Part shown: piece after piece, positions 28,032 through 37,760 of the stretch
Position numbering within the stretch: the stretch's first letter is position 1
Layout: every line of letters starts with the position of its first letter
Source: a virus
Taxonomy: Duplodnaviria; Caudoviricetes
IMG/VR virus record: IMGVR_UViG_3300042691_035162
Span: 914-64,913 of that record
DNA length: 64,000 nucleotides
Reading direction: 5' to 3' (one strand)
Position numbers and translations under genes: made by a program
Notes under the pieces: generated by a model
What the model was told of the DNA's origin: nothing
The model's input: only the letters and a program-made list of their open reading frames with translations
Database searches by the model: none

Positions 28032-28236
28032 TGTCTTTCTCCCAAAACTTTTTGTTTTGCTGCCCTACCCACAAGCCGGCGCAAACCATCTCTAGTTCTT
28101 CAGATGGCGGGTTAGTTTTCAATGCTTCTTTTCTTCCAGCTTCGTATCCCATTTGCCAATGGTCCTTGGTCGATGGTCGAGTAATCGCCATGAAGGTAAG
28201 AATGCCAATGAGTAAACCCCCTATTATGTAGTTCAC
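28015..28236 (-). CDS. Small protein with N-terminal TM helix
   Basis: MNYIIGGLLIGILTFMAI; LEMVCAGLW. Confidence 0.55.
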   Translation of the reverse strand: MNYIIGGLLIGILTFMAITRPSTKDHWQMGYEAGRKEALKTNPPSEELEMVCAGLWVGQQNKKFWEKDNGRKH

Positions 28237-28571
28237 GTAGATCTCCCCGGTGTCTTACTGGTTGGGCATGGCCAAGTTTTTATCAAGGCATCCAGCACAA
28301 CACGGTCGCCAGTTTTGTTTCTTTGAGCAGGATTACGTTCCAGGTACAGTCGAACGATGTCGTTAATTTGCCCAGCAGTGATGCCGCGTTCTGTGGGCGG
28401 ACAAAAGGCAAGTGTGACACCAGTGTCGTATACCCCCATCACATAACCAAGAGCTTGCATCTTGCTCATCAGTTCATTGCTGGTCAGGCCGCTATACAGA
28501 TCGTTGCCAGTCCAAAATTCTGCGCGGGCTAGGGCGGGTAGGCATAACAGGACGAACAGTATTTTTCTCAT
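28233..28571 (-). CDS. Rap1a-like (T6SS amidase immunity family) exported protein
   Basis: Signal peptide, TGNDL, GYVMGVYD, FCPP..IT.GQ..DIV..YL..NP..R...L...WPC. Confidence 0.7.
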   Translation of the reverse strand: MRKILFVLLCLPALARAEFWTGNDLYSGLTSNELMSKMQALGYVMGVYDTGVTLAFCPPTERGITAGQINDIVRLYLERNPAQRNKTGDRVVLDALIKTWPCPTSKTPGRST

Positions 28572-28771
28572 ATTTTTCTCTGGCAACTAAAGGCTTGTGA
28601 ATCGACGCGGAAAGAGCCTGCGTACTTGCAGTCGTTGAGGATGTCGCTGGTAGCAAAGAGCACGCCAATGAGAATCCCAAGCAATAGAGCAAACAAGGGC
28701 CAAAAAGACTTTGACCAGATGCCCGAGAAATATGCTTTAACTCGTTTAGTTTCTGCTTCATTTAAGAACAT
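28568..28771 (-). CDS. Small membrane protein
   Basis: TM helix plus a C..C pair. Confidence 0.5.
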   Translation of the reverse strand: MFLNEAETKRVKAYFSGIWSKSFWPLFALLLGILIGVLFATSDILNDCKYAGSFRVDSQAFSCQRKI

Positions 28772-28798
28772 TCCTTTCTCCTTTATGAGGTACTACGT

Positions 28799-29014
28799 TT
28801 AGAAGGGTAAATCATCCCCTGCTTGCCTGTCAACAAACTTTCTGCACCATATTCCTATGAGCATTGCATCAACAGCTATTTTGCGCGAAGTGTTTCGCGC
28901 CGCAGCATATTTCTCTTCCCGCATTTCTTTTTGCAATTGTTTGTGCAACTGCTGAATGCGGATCATGGCCTCAGAATAATCCTGGTCCAAGATGCTTGAT
29001 TCGTTCGTAGTCAT
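28799..29014 (-). CDS. Hypothetical protein
   Basis: 71 aa; AAGGAG RBS. Confidence 0.55.
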   Translation of the reverse strand: MTTNESSILDQDYSEAMIRIQQLHKQLQKEMREEKYAAARNTSRKIAVDAMLIGIWCRKFVDRQAGDDLPF

Positions 29015-29385
29015 TTCTTCTCCTTTCCTTTTCGGCTTGAATTTTTTGTTTTAACTTTGAAGTTCGGGACGTGCATGTAGACGGGGTTTTCTTCCCCAAT
29101 ATGGACTCCCAAAAGTTGTCGGTCAAAGTATTCGATCGCTTGCTCACGAGTCATCCCCTGCTTTTCCATTTTGGTAAGCATTTTTTCAACATCCATGACG
29201 GCCACCGGCGGCCCACCGTGTCTTTCTCCAACCCCCACAATGCAATCCTCAAACCCAGACGGATAAACGACGACTTCAAAGGTCTCATCTATCCACTCAA
29301 GAATTCGTTGGGTTTCGGAGGAACGGGTTCTTGGACCGTGGTCCGGGTTCCGTGGTTTTGGTTTCTTCGTAGGTGTCTCTTGCAA
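29011..29385 (-). CDS. Hypothetical phage protein
   Basis: GFEDCIVGV...GMTREQAIEYF...G.HIGEENPVY; start uncertain. Confidence 0.6.
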   Translation of the reverse strand: MQETPTKKPKPRNPDHGPRTRSSETQRILEWIDETFEVVVYPSGFEDCIVGVGERHGGPPVAVMDVEKMLTKMEKQGMTREQAIEYFDRQLLGVHIGEENPVYMHVPNFKVKTKNSSRKGKEKK

Positions 29386-29524
29386 AATGCCACTCCCATT
29401 CTTTGAAGACTAGGTCACTGAGAATTGATGCAATTGGCCTGCGGTCACGGGCAGCAATGTCCTTGAGCAACTCGTAGGTGTCTACGCGAAGCATCACGGA
29501 TTTCCATTTGGTTGAGTCGGTCAT
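29297..29524 (-). CDS. Ribbon-helix-helix-like DNA-binding protein
   Basis: MTDSTKWKSVMLRVDTYELLKDIAARDRRPIASIL; AGGAG RBS. Confidence 0.6.
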   Translation of the reverse strand: MTDSTKWKSVMLRVDTYELLKDIAARDRRPIASILSDLVFKEWEWHFARDTYEETKTTEPGPRSKNPFLRNPTNS

Positions 29525-29554
29525 GTGCTCTCCTGTATTTACAGGAGAATAACA

Positions 29555-29582
29555 CAAAAAAGAGGTGGCGCAAGGCCACCTC
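29555..29582 (-). terminator. Rho-independent terminator after DNA polymerase
   Basis: GAGGTGGC-CTTGC-GCCACCTC-TTTTTT on the minus strand. Confidence 0.75.
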
Positions 29583-29626
29583 AAGTGCTCGAAGGAGTAG
29601 CCCACATGAGAAAAAGGACGAGAAAC

Positions 29627-31492
29627 TCACGAGGCTTCCCCCCAAGACGGACCTGTTTCAATGTCCACCTTAGAAGGAACCTCTAATTTAACGCAATCCA
29701 TCATCGCCTGGGCAAATATATTTGCCTCGTCTGGGGAAAGTACGGACAAGCAAAGTTCATCGTGGACCTGGAGAAGGGGTAGTTCCCCGGCTTGAATGCA
29801 GGCCAACATGGCCCTTTTAGTCTGATCTGCGGCCGAGCCTTGGATTAGCCTGTTTAAACCCTTGTAGGTGTATGCTCTTCTGAGCCGTGGTCCGTATTCC
29901 AATACCGCTTGCTCACGAGGCAAGGGCTTGTGCAAACCAAACTCGGTGGGCTCCCAAAGATTGAATCGGCAGCGGCGCCCCAAAAGGGTACGAATTGAAC
30001 CGTTTGAGGCAGGGTTATCCACACGTTGCTGGACCGCCGTGACCAGGCCCTTCATGAATGGAACTAGCTCATGGAACTTGCCTATAAGCTCTCCAGCCTC
30101 CTCGGTGGATAAGTCCAGCTCCACGGCCATCTTACCCTTCCCCATGCCGTACAGAAGCCCCAAACCGATCGTCTTGGCCTGTTTGCGGTCGATACCGGCC
30201 ATGTCGGCCACGGTCTGGTGGAAGTCTGTTTCGGGGTTCGTGATGTAGGCTTCGGCGGCTTTGTCTGCCCCCTTTAATTCCAAGAGCTTGGCATAATGGA
30301 CCGCGAGCCGTGGCTCTTGCTGGGAGAAGTCGAGGGAGGCCCATGTTTCGCCCTCTTCCGGCAGAAACAGGCTGCGAATGGCTGGACCGATCTCCGGGTG
30401 CCGCGCTGGAATCTGCTGTAGGTTGGGGTTAGCCATAGATAGCCGCCCAGACACCGTCCCGCCCTCGTCAGATCGCAGTTGATTTATATGACCGTGGATC
30501 CGCCCATCGTACTTGGCGTAGTCCAGCAGGCTTTCTACGAAGGTACCGCTGGCCTTGTTGTACTCGCGGGCGTCCACAATAGCCTTGGCAAGGGGGTGGG
30601 GGTGGGAAGCTAGAAAGCCCTTGGTAAATGAGGGAGCACCCTTTTCGGTCTTGCCGTAGGCGATGCCCAATTTATCAAAAGCCTTCGCAATGCTTGCCGA
30701 AGCCCAAATATCCACAGAAACCCCTGACTGGCGCTTTATTTGAGCTAGTGCCTCCCTCTCCCTTTTCTTGAAATCGGCCATGGTTTTTTGGGCGCGGTTA
30801 ACGTCAAACCGGACGCCCTCAAAGGTCATGTTGATCAAGTGTGGGCAAAGGGCAGACTCAAGGTCAAAAATGTTGGTCAGTTCCTGCTTGATCAACTCGA
30901 TCTTGAAGTATTGCCAAAGCTTAAGCGTCAGGGCCGCGTCCTGCTCGGCATACTCACCAACATACATTGCCGGGAGCTTATAGAGTTCGCCCTTCGGATC
31001 TACGCCAAACTCTTTGGCCGCAGCGCGTAAGCCCTGCTCAGATTTAGTCTCTTGCAGGTAATCGAAGCCGAGAGCGTTTAGGCTGTAGCTGAAACGATTC
31101 TCGTCGATAAGTGCCGCCGCAATCATCGCATCGATAATTTTCCCCTTGATTAAAAAGCCCTCCGCCTTCAACCAGCCCACGTCGTACGCTGCGTTGAAGA
31201 AAATCTTGTCGCAAGGAAGATCCAAAGCATCCTGGACAAATTTGCGGACCCTGTTCTCGTCTAAGTTCCCCCCGCCACCGTGGCGGATCGGGAAGTAACC
31301 CTTCCAACCATCTACGGCTAAAGCAAAGCCAACTATGTAACCATTCCTTGTTGGCCAGCCCGGGCCGCTCGTTTTCATTCCTGGATCGCATGTTTCTAAG
31401 TCAATTGCAATTGCTTCTGCGGAGGACAGATCCGGAAATACTTCCGGGGCCATCCACTCCGTTTTTAGTTGTGGAAACAAAGATATCGTCAT
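29627..31492 (-). CDS. polA: DNA polymerase family A (3'-5' exonuclease plus polymerase)
   Basis: ExoI DLET, FFNAAYD, GRLSMANPNLQQIP, motif A DFSQQEPR, motif B RKQAKTIGLGLLYG, motif C QVHDEL. Confidence 0.95.
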   Translation of the reverse strand: MTISLFPQLKTEWMAPEVFPDLSSAEAIAIDLETCDPGMKTSGPGWPTRNGYIVGFALAVDGWKGYFPIRHGGGGNLDENRVRKFVQDALDLPCDKIFFNAAYDVGWLKAEGFLIKGKIIDAMIAAALIDENRFSYSLNALGFDYLQETKSEQGLRAAAKEFGVDPKGELYKLPAMYVGEYAEQDAALTLKLWQYFKIELIKQELTNIFDLESALCPHLINMTFEGVRFDVNRAQKTMADFKKREREALAQIKRQSGVSVDIWASASIAKAFDKLGIAYGKTEKGAPSFTKGFLASHPHPLAKAIVDAREYNKASGTFVESLLDYAKYDGRIHGHINQLRSDEGGTVSGRLSMANPNLQQIPARHPEIGPAIRSLFLPEEGETWASLDFSQQEPRLAVHYAKLLELKGADKAAEAYITNPETDFHQTVADMAGIDRKQAKTIGLGLLYGMGKGKMAVELDLSTEEAGELIGKFHELVPFMKGLVTAVQQRVDNPASNGSIRTLLGRRCRFNLWEPTEFGLHKPLPREQAVLEYGPRLRRAYTYKGLNRLIQGSAADQTKRAMLACIQAGELPLLQVHDELCLSVLSPDEANIFAQAMMDCVKLEVPSKVDIETGPSWGEAS

Positions 31493-32991
31493 AAGCGAAA
31501 CGCCTTATATTGGTCTTGTGGATAAACAATATGTAACGTCTTTTTGGTTCGTGTTAGCCCTACGTAGTACAACCGATTAATGTCGTCCGGATTTACTTCT
31601 TGCTCGCGGGCGAACTTAGAAGACAAGTCCGTAAGGATGAGGACATGATCCGCCTCCCCACCTTTGGCCCCGTGTATTGTGGAGAGACGTATGCGTGGAA
31701 CTCCTCGTAGTGACTGCCCTCGTCTAAGAGCAGCTCGGATATAGACGCGGTTAGCGTCGGATAACTTTGAAAGGCACTCATACCATGGTCCGTCACTAGC
31801 AACCAATCCACCTTCTGTTCTGAGTCTTTCGAGGCTGTAGGATTGCTCGGGGTCCCCGACAAACTTTTTAAAGCCTCTTGCGACTCCATTTGATCCGAGG
31901 TACGTGTACAGTGCTTTAATTTGTTTGCCATTAATTTCCTTACCATTTCTCAAGCCCTCCCAGGCGTACACCGCCTCGATTGGCCCTTCACCAATTGATC
32001 GAATACCGTTACGCTCAAACAAGATGCCCATGTTTTTCAAGTATTCATGCACGTCATTTAAAACGTAGTTCGTAGGGGCTAGGATGAGCCACGTACCATC
32101 AACCAAGTCCACATCGGTATAGCGCTGATAGAAGTGCAGTTCGCCTTCCTCCGGCCGTGAGTTCCAGGCCTTGGGGACCCGATACTTAACCCGGTTAATT
32201 ATCTTGTTACTGTATTCATGCACAACCCGTGGGATGCGGTAGGACTGATCCAACACGACCTGATCGCCTGGATACGTGAGCAAAGAACGCACGTCTGCCC
32301 CAGCCCAGCCAAAGATCGCCTGGTCGTCATCCCCGGCAATGTAAGCTTTCCTGGCTCGCCTGATGAGCCTGTCAGCAATTTTCCACTGCAGCGGGCTCAA
32401 ATCTTGAGCCTCATCTATGATAGCGACCTCTAACTCTGGGTAGTATGTATCGTCTACCTCGGCAAACATCTCGAGCAGGTCGGTAAAGTCAAGCAGGCCT
32501 TTTTCCTGCATGTACCTGCGGTACATTTGGTACACGTAATAAAAGTGATGCCACTCGATATCTAGGTTGCTTCGGTTGTACTCTTCTTTAATGTCCGAGC
32601 AGCGGAGCCTGGCGAGGTTAATGACATTGAGTATTGGATGGTCAGCTCGAATTTCCCACGACTCGTCTCCTCGATCGACACTGAGGTTAAGTTTGGCCAG
32701 AAGGGCAAACTCTTTATAATTCTCCGCCGTTGCGATGCGGCTTGCTTGGATACCCAATCGTGCATAAGCGAGGCTATGCAGGGTCCTAAAGTTGGCAAGA
32801 TCTCGTTTAAAGTCGAGTTGTTGAAAACGAGCGTAGGCTCTTTCTTTTGCTTCATGGGCAGCCTTTCGCGTAAATGCAAAGTAGCCTATTGAAACCGCCG
32901 GCGTACCGTTTTGTAGGAGGTTATCGACAACGTTTAACAAATACGTAGTCTTACCCGTACCAGGCGGTCCAAATACTTTTGTGACGTTCAA
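31489..32991 (-). CDS. UvrD/Rep-family SF1 helicase
   Basis: GPPGTGKT, AFTRKAA, IDEAQD, GDDDQAI, TIHGAKGGE, YVGLTR. Confidence 0.9.
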   Translation of the reverse strand: MNVTKVFGPPGTGKTTYLLNVVDNLLQNGTPAVSIGYFAFTRKAAHEAKERAYARFQQLDFKRDLANFRTLHSLAYARLGIQASRIATAENYKEFALLAKLNLSVDRGDESWEIRADHPILNVINLARLRCSDIKEEYNRSNLDIEWHHFYYVYQMYRRYMQEKGLLDFTDLLEMFAEVDDTYYPELEVAIIDEAQDLSPLQWKIADRLIRRARKAYIAGDDDQAIFGWAGADVRSLLTYPGDQVVLDQSYRIPRVVHEYSNKIINRVKYRVPKAWNSRPEEGELHFYQRYTDVDLVDGTWLILAPTNYVLNDVHEYLKNMGILFERNGIRSIGEGPIEAVYAWEGLRNGKEINGKQIKALYTYLGSNGVARGFKKFVGDPEQSYSLERLRTEGGLVASDGPWYECLSKLSDANRVYIRAALRRGQSLRGVPRIRLSTIHGAKGGEADHVLILTDLSSKFAREQEVNPDDINRLYYVGLTRTKKTLHIVYPQDQYKAFRL

Positions 32992-34520
32992 AATGGTGAC
33001 TCCGCTGCAACGCCCCTAGTTTCAAACGGGGCATCTTGTTTGTTGTACGCAGGGATCCGCCAGGTTCTAACGGTGCGGTTTTTTACGGTAATAGAGTGTG
33101 GGCTTCCTTGTACGTTCCGAAGGCGCTGCGCGATCTTTACTGTGCTCATCAAAAACTTATTGCGACCCAAAAAGTTTTCAAGATCTTTAAGTCTGAAGTA
33201 AGTTAACGCTTCGTCTTCATTAGTCCATGGACGGCCCATAAGAATTTCTTCACGATCCATGGCAGTCTGGAGGTGAGTGCAAAATTCTTCCAAAAGGTCA
33301 TAGAATCTTCCATCACTGGAGGTGTCTTCTGGCGCCTCTGTGATCGCTTGTGTTTCGACCATTTGTTTGAGTAGCCCATTTAGCAGCGTCTCCCACTCTT
33401 GTTTTTTCAACGTCGGTGGCATGACGTTGACCTTGTTCATACAAACAACTTGAAACTTATTCTGCTGCTGCAGTTCTTCCGTAGTGAGTTCCAGGCGATG
33501 CCCGTCAACATCAATAAACCAAAGCGGAGGATCAGAAGCATATTTAGACAGGGCCGAGATACTCGGCATGTCATTAGACTGACCGATACCAAACTTTCTA
33601 GTCTTACATAGCGATGGGTTGCAATGACCGTTGATCGGAGAATCTTTACACTTATAGCCGTAGTCCTTCTTTTTTAATTGCTTTGAGATAATCGTGAGTT
33701 CATTAAGAGGGAGAGGGGGAGACATGAACTTTTGGTTGTAGACCATGAGTTCGTTTTCCCATGTGTCCGGCATAGCTTTGCGGAGAAACACCCCGATATT
33801 GAACAGTCCATTGTTTCGCGTACCTTCAGGAAAGCCCTGTCCGCATAAAACCTGTAGACATGGAGGACCATCGGTAAGCGCCGGATCACTACTGTTTTGA
33901 ACGGGCTCCTTGATGACGGTTTCCTCAGTGACAGCATAGGTTTCATACAAGTCATAAAACTCTTGGAGTGAGGCCGCAGAGCCGTCGTCTTTGTACGCAT
34001 AGCGAGTGCCATTGTCTCCACCGAAATAAGGAAGGTTTAAAAAGTTGCCGGTATCGCCCCGGTCAACAAGAATTTCTGTCTGCTTTGGGAATATCTCCGA
34101 ACCGGAGTATCCGAGATAGGCGGCAAAAAGCTTGAGGTGCTTTTGCATGTAGGCTGCAGTAACAGGTTCCTTCGAGAACATGAACACATGCATGCCGCCT
34201 GATTTAGACCTGAAAGCTATTAGCGGTAGCTCTAGCTTTCTAATTTTCTTGATAATAGATACGTGATCGATGGGGTACATATCAATGTCGATACAACCCC
34301 AGGTGCATGTGTTGTCGGCTCGAATCGGTATAATCCCGAGGCTGGGCTCAATGCCCTTGAGATGTTTGACCCAAAGGTCATCCGTGGGAGGTTGCCGGAC
34401 GATTGTGGCCTTCCCATTCTGCTTTCCATCTTGCCGCTCCTTTTCAATCTTGTACGTTCCGTACGCAATATCAAGACCCGCAAATATTTTTCTAAACTTT
34501 TCGATCTCCACTTCCGACAT
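32988..34520 (-). CDS. Primase (AEP-like N-terminus plus PriCT-like domain)
   Basis: WGCIDID, RSKSGGMH, GNFLNLPY, PPCL...EGTRNNGLF; start refined to MSEVEIEK. Confidence 0.8.
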   Translation of the reverse strand: MSEVEIEKFRKIFAGLDIAYGTYKIEKERQDGKQNGKATIVRQPPTDDLWVKHLKGIEPSLGIIPIRADNTCTWGCIDIDMYPIDHVSIIKKIRKLELPLIAFRSKSGGMHVFMFSKEPVTAAYMQKHLKLFAAYLGYSGSEIFPKQTEILVDRGDTGNFLNLPYFGGDNGTRYAYKDDGSAASLQEFYDLYETYAVTEETVIKEPVQNSSDPALTDGPPCLQVLCGQGFPEGTRNNGLFNIGVFLRKAMPDTWENELMVYNQKFMSPPLPLNELTIISKQLKKKDYGYKCKDSPINGHCNPSLCKTRKFGIGQSNDMPSISALSKYASDPPLWFIDVDGHRLELTTEELQQQNKFQVVCMNKVNVMPPTLKKQEWETLLNGLLKQMVETQAITEAPEDTSSDGRFYDLLEEFCTHLQTAMDREEILMGRPWTNEDEALTYFRLKDLENFLGRNKFLMSTVKIAQRLRNVQGSPHSITVKNRTVRTWRIPAYNKQDAPFETRGVAAESPF

Positions 34521-34580
34521 TTTTTCTCGCTGTATAAAGGTGACAAAGCCGCCCCGAAGGGCGGCCATGCTGTGCTTAGT

Positions 34581-35354
34581 TTAGAAAGGGATGTTGCTAT
34601 CTGCGGTTTTGGCGCTTTCCTCCTGATCATGCTTAACATTCACCTCTCCCTGCTTCACAGAAAGTGAGAATGCTTTCGCAGTCTGGTACACAGAAGCCTC
34701 TTCCACCGGACCCACACGCTCTACCTCCCAACCATACCAAGTTCCCTTGTCATTAGATTCCTTGGTGGTTGTCAATCGGTAGACGTGGCTATAGGACGGG
34801 GGAGTGAAAGGCCCATTCTTCCCATTCATCTTCAGCGTCATCATCATGCTATTCCACTTACGCGACTTCTTCAGTTGCGTGGCTTTCATCACGATTAGCG
34901 CCGGAGCACAGTTACCTTCGTCATCAACAATTAACACATAGTGCTGAGCACTGTTCTCAATGTAATTACCGGAGTCTAGATAATCCTTGCTATCCCCAGG
35001 TTTACGGAAGGTCTTGCTCATGATATCGCTAGTCGCCGGATGAACTGCAACCGGAGCACCTGAGCCCTGGCCACGAGGAGTCCACTCGATGTACTTGCGC
35101 TCGTAGTGGCACGGCACGACTTTGATACCCTGCGTTCCATCAAACACTTGGCCCGACACGGTGTTGTAAATCATGCCAGCTTTCGCGCCATCGATTGACT
35201 CGAGTTCCGGGGACAGTTGTGAGAGGACCTTCAGGAAAGGCAACGCAACATCTTCCGACGATATGTTATCCATACCATCATGTGCGTCCTGCTCAAACAT
35301 TGAGTTATCAACTACTGCTAATGCTGTTTCTTTTTTCTTTGCTACTTGGTTCAT
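34581..35354 (-). CDS. ssDNA-binding-type replication protein
   Basis: LPFLKVL..LSP, NDKGTWYGW, acidic ...IPF C-terminus. Confidence 0.65.
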   Translation of the reverse strand: MNQVAKKKETALAVVDNSMFEQDAHDGMDNISSEDVALPFLKVLSQLSPELESIDGAKAGMIYNTVSGQVFDGTQGIKVVPCHYERKYIEWTPRGQGSGAPVAVHPATSDIMSKTFRKPGDSKDYLDSGNYIENSAQHYVLIVDDEGNCAPALIVMKATQLKKSRKWNSMMMTLKMNGKNGPFTPPSYSHVYRLTTTKESNDKGTWYGWEVERVGPVEEASVYQTAKAFSLSVKQGEVNVKHDQEESAKTADSNIPF

Positions 35355-35373
35355 GGTTAAGTTTCCTTGTTAG

Positions 35374-35922
35374 TTATGCACGTTTGATTTTCGCTTTGAA
35401 GCCTGTGTAGGCGCCAAAGAGATCAGTGGGGAACTCAGTGCCTTGTTCCACCATTTCGCGAACCCAAGCTTTTAGGGTTTGGGATTCGATTTTCTCCGCC
35501 TGGTCAGGTAGGAGCCCTTGCTTGCGAATGACATTAATCAATTCGCCCGCTGCATCGTCTTCGCCACGACCAAACTGGACGGAGACGGTGTTTTTAATAA
35601 TGTCATCGTACCCATGAGCACGAAGCCATTCATACGCTTCCCCACGGCGATCTGCTGGAATGCTTGCAGAGTAAAACGGCTTAACCTCTATAACTGAGCC
35701 GTCTGTCATCTGAAACTTTGCCATACCGATTTCCTTCAACGCATCAGGGATACGCTCTTCGGTAAGATTGCGCAGGACTTCTTTACGCTCCGCCAAAACT
35801 TTCTCAAGATCTTCGATCGATGCCTCTACTTCCAATGCTTCTTTAGCAAGTTCGGCAATCGAGGACAACGAATTGTCTTTGATCGTTAAGGCTTGTGCGT
35901 CTACCTCAAAATCAATACTCAT
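35374..35922 (-). CDS. Conserved replication-module hypothetical protein
   Basis: AYEWLRAHG.DDIIKN...TLKAWVRE. Confidence 0.65.
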   Translation of the reverse strand: MSIDFEVDAQALTIKDNSLSSIAELAKEALEVEASIEDLEKVLAERKEVLRNLTEERIPDALKEIGMAKFQMTDGSVIEVKPFYSASIPADRRGEAYEWLRAHGYDDIIKNTVSVQFGRGEDDAAGELINVIRKQGLLPDQAEKIESQTLKAWVREMVEQGTEFPTDLFGAYTGFKAKIKRA

Positions 35923-36244
35923 AACTTTCTCCTTTCTGATTGATATCTACTGCAATGGGATAGTACTTCATTTCCCGTTTGTCCCATTTAAGCAAACGAA
36001 ATCTTCCTTTATTGTATTGCGACGCCAATACGGCAGCAATACTCATGGCGGCAGGGTCACCAATTAAAAGTAGGTAGTCTGTGTCAGTGAATTCCCTAAG
36101 TGCGCGTTTCATTCGGGACACCATAGGTCCGGGTGAAAAACCAATCTGCACTTGAGGGGGCAAAAGGAAAATCAGTTCACCAAACTGTTGCGCGGGCAAC
36201 ACATTGTGGCGCATGGTTTCCTGGACAACATAGACTTTCGCCAT
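35912..36244 (-). CDS. Conserved hypothetical protein
   Basis: VYVVQE...DYLLLIGDP...LLKWD. Confidence 0.65.
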   Translation of the reverse strand: MAKVYVVQETMRHNVLPAQQFGELIFLLPPQVQIGFSPGPMVSRMKRALREFTDTDYLLLIGDPAAMSIAAVLASQYNKGRFRLLKWDKREMKYYPIAVDINQKGESYEY

Positions 36245-36274
36245 TACCTCTTTCTCCTTTCTGTGAGTTCGTGT

Positions 36275-36303
36275 ATCCTAATACGGAAGGTTGTGTCTGT
36301 CAA
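36275..36303 (-). promoter_or_regulatory. Sigma70-type promoter of the leftward replication operon
   Basis: TTGACA-17 nt-TAGGAT in the divergent gap. Confidence 0.7.
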
Positions 36304-36317
36304 GAAAGAGAGAAAGT

Positions 36318-37760
36318 ATGCTGGACTATCGTTTCAAGAACGAGCCATATGCTCATCAATCCGCTTATCTAGCAAGGTTTTGGGATAAGCCGGTGGCTGC
36401 ACTTTTTGCCGACATGGGTACCGGCAAAAGCTTCATGTTAATTAATAACATGTGCATGCTGTACGACAATGGCCTTATCAACGGGGCCTTGATTATTGCC
36501 CCCAAAGGGGTGTACCGGAACTGGGCGGAGTTAGAAATCCCCAAACACGCCCCAGACCACGTCATGTACCGCATTGCACTATGGACGCCAAACCCAAATA
36601 AACAGCAGGAGGCGGCGCTAGGATCAATGTTTGAGCCAGACGATGTGCTACACGTTTTGATTATGAACGTTGAGGCCTTCTCTACCCCCAAGGGGGTCCG
36701 GTTCGCGGAACGGTTTGTCTTAGCCCATAACGCCCTGATGGCGGTGGATGAAAGCACCACGATTAAGACCGGGTCAGCCCAAAGAACAAAAAATGTCTAC
36801 AAAATAGGCCGTTTTGCCAAATATCGTCGTATCCTAACGGGTTCCCCTGTCACCAAAAGCCCCCTGGATTTGTACACCCAGTGCGCTTTCCTGTCCCCGA
36901 ATCTATTAGGGTTTACCAGCTTTTTTGCCTTTCAAGCCAGGTACGCGGTCCTTGTAAAGCGAACCATGGGTCCGAGGTCCTTTAACCAAGTTGTAGGATA
37001 CAGGCGCCTAGATGAGCTAAACGAGAAGCTACAACCCTTTGCCTTCCGGGTAACCAAGGAAGAATGCATAGACCTGCCACCTAAGATCTATACCAAGCGA
37101 GAGGTGCTGCTGACTGACGAGCAGGCCGAGCTGTACAACCAAATGAAAAAGATGGCCCTTGCGCTTTTAGAAGATGGCAAGATGACCACCACGGCTACGG
37201 CCCTAACCCAACTTCTGCGGCTTCACCAGATCTGCTGCGGGCATTTAAAGACAGATGATGGCGAAGTTCACGAGATTAAAAATAACCGACTTGAGGCCCT
37301 GCTGGACTGCATTGAAGAGACATCGGGCAAAATTATTATTTGGGCCTCCTACACCCACGACATCCTCGCGATTGAGAGGGCCCTATCTAAGGCGTATGGA
37401 GGTGGGTGTGCAGCTACTTACTACGGAGCCACTGAAGGGGAAGAGCGGCAAAAAATTGTGACCCGGTTTCAAGATCCGGACAGTGATCTGCGGTTCTTTA
37501 TCGGGCAGCCCAAGACTGGCGGATACGGGTTAACCCTTACGGCAGCCAGTACGATGATCTACTACTCAAACAGCTATGACTTGGAGGTGCGTCTGCAGTC
37601 CGAGGACCGGGCACACCGCATCGGGCAAACTAAGTCTGTGACCTATATCGACCTGATTACGCCTAAGTCCGTAGACGAAAAGATCGTTCAGGCCCTTAAA
37701 AACAAAATAGATATTGCCACTCAAGTACTTGGGGAGGACCTAAAACAATGGCTCATTTGA
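36318..37760 (+). CDS. SNF2-family SF2 helicase
   Basis: DMGTGKS, VDEST, LTGSP, GGYGLTLTAA, QSEDRAHRIGQ. Confidence 0.9.
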   Translation: MLDYRFKNEPYAHQSAYLARFWDKPVAALFADMGTGKSFMLINNMCMLYDNGLINGALIIAPKGVYRNWAELEIPKHAPDHVMYRIALWTPNPNKQQEAALGSMFEPDDVLHVLIMNVEAFSTPKGVRFAERFVLAHNALMAVDESTTIKTGSAQRTKNVYKIGRFAKYRRILTGSPVTKSPLDLYTQCAFLSPNLLGFTSFFAFQARYAVLVKRTMGPRSFNQVVGYRRLDELNEKLQPFAFRVTKEECIDLPPKIYTKREVLLTDEQAELYNQMKKMALALLEDGKMTTTATALTQLLRLHQICCGHLKTDDGEVHEIKNNRLEALLDCIEETSGKIIIWASYTHDILAIERALSKAYGGGCAATYYGATEGEERQKIVTRFQDPDSDLRFFIGQPKTGGYGLTLTAASTMIYYSNSYDLEVRLQSEDRAHRIGQTKSVTYIDLITPKSVDEKIVQALKNKIDIATQVLGEDLKQWLI

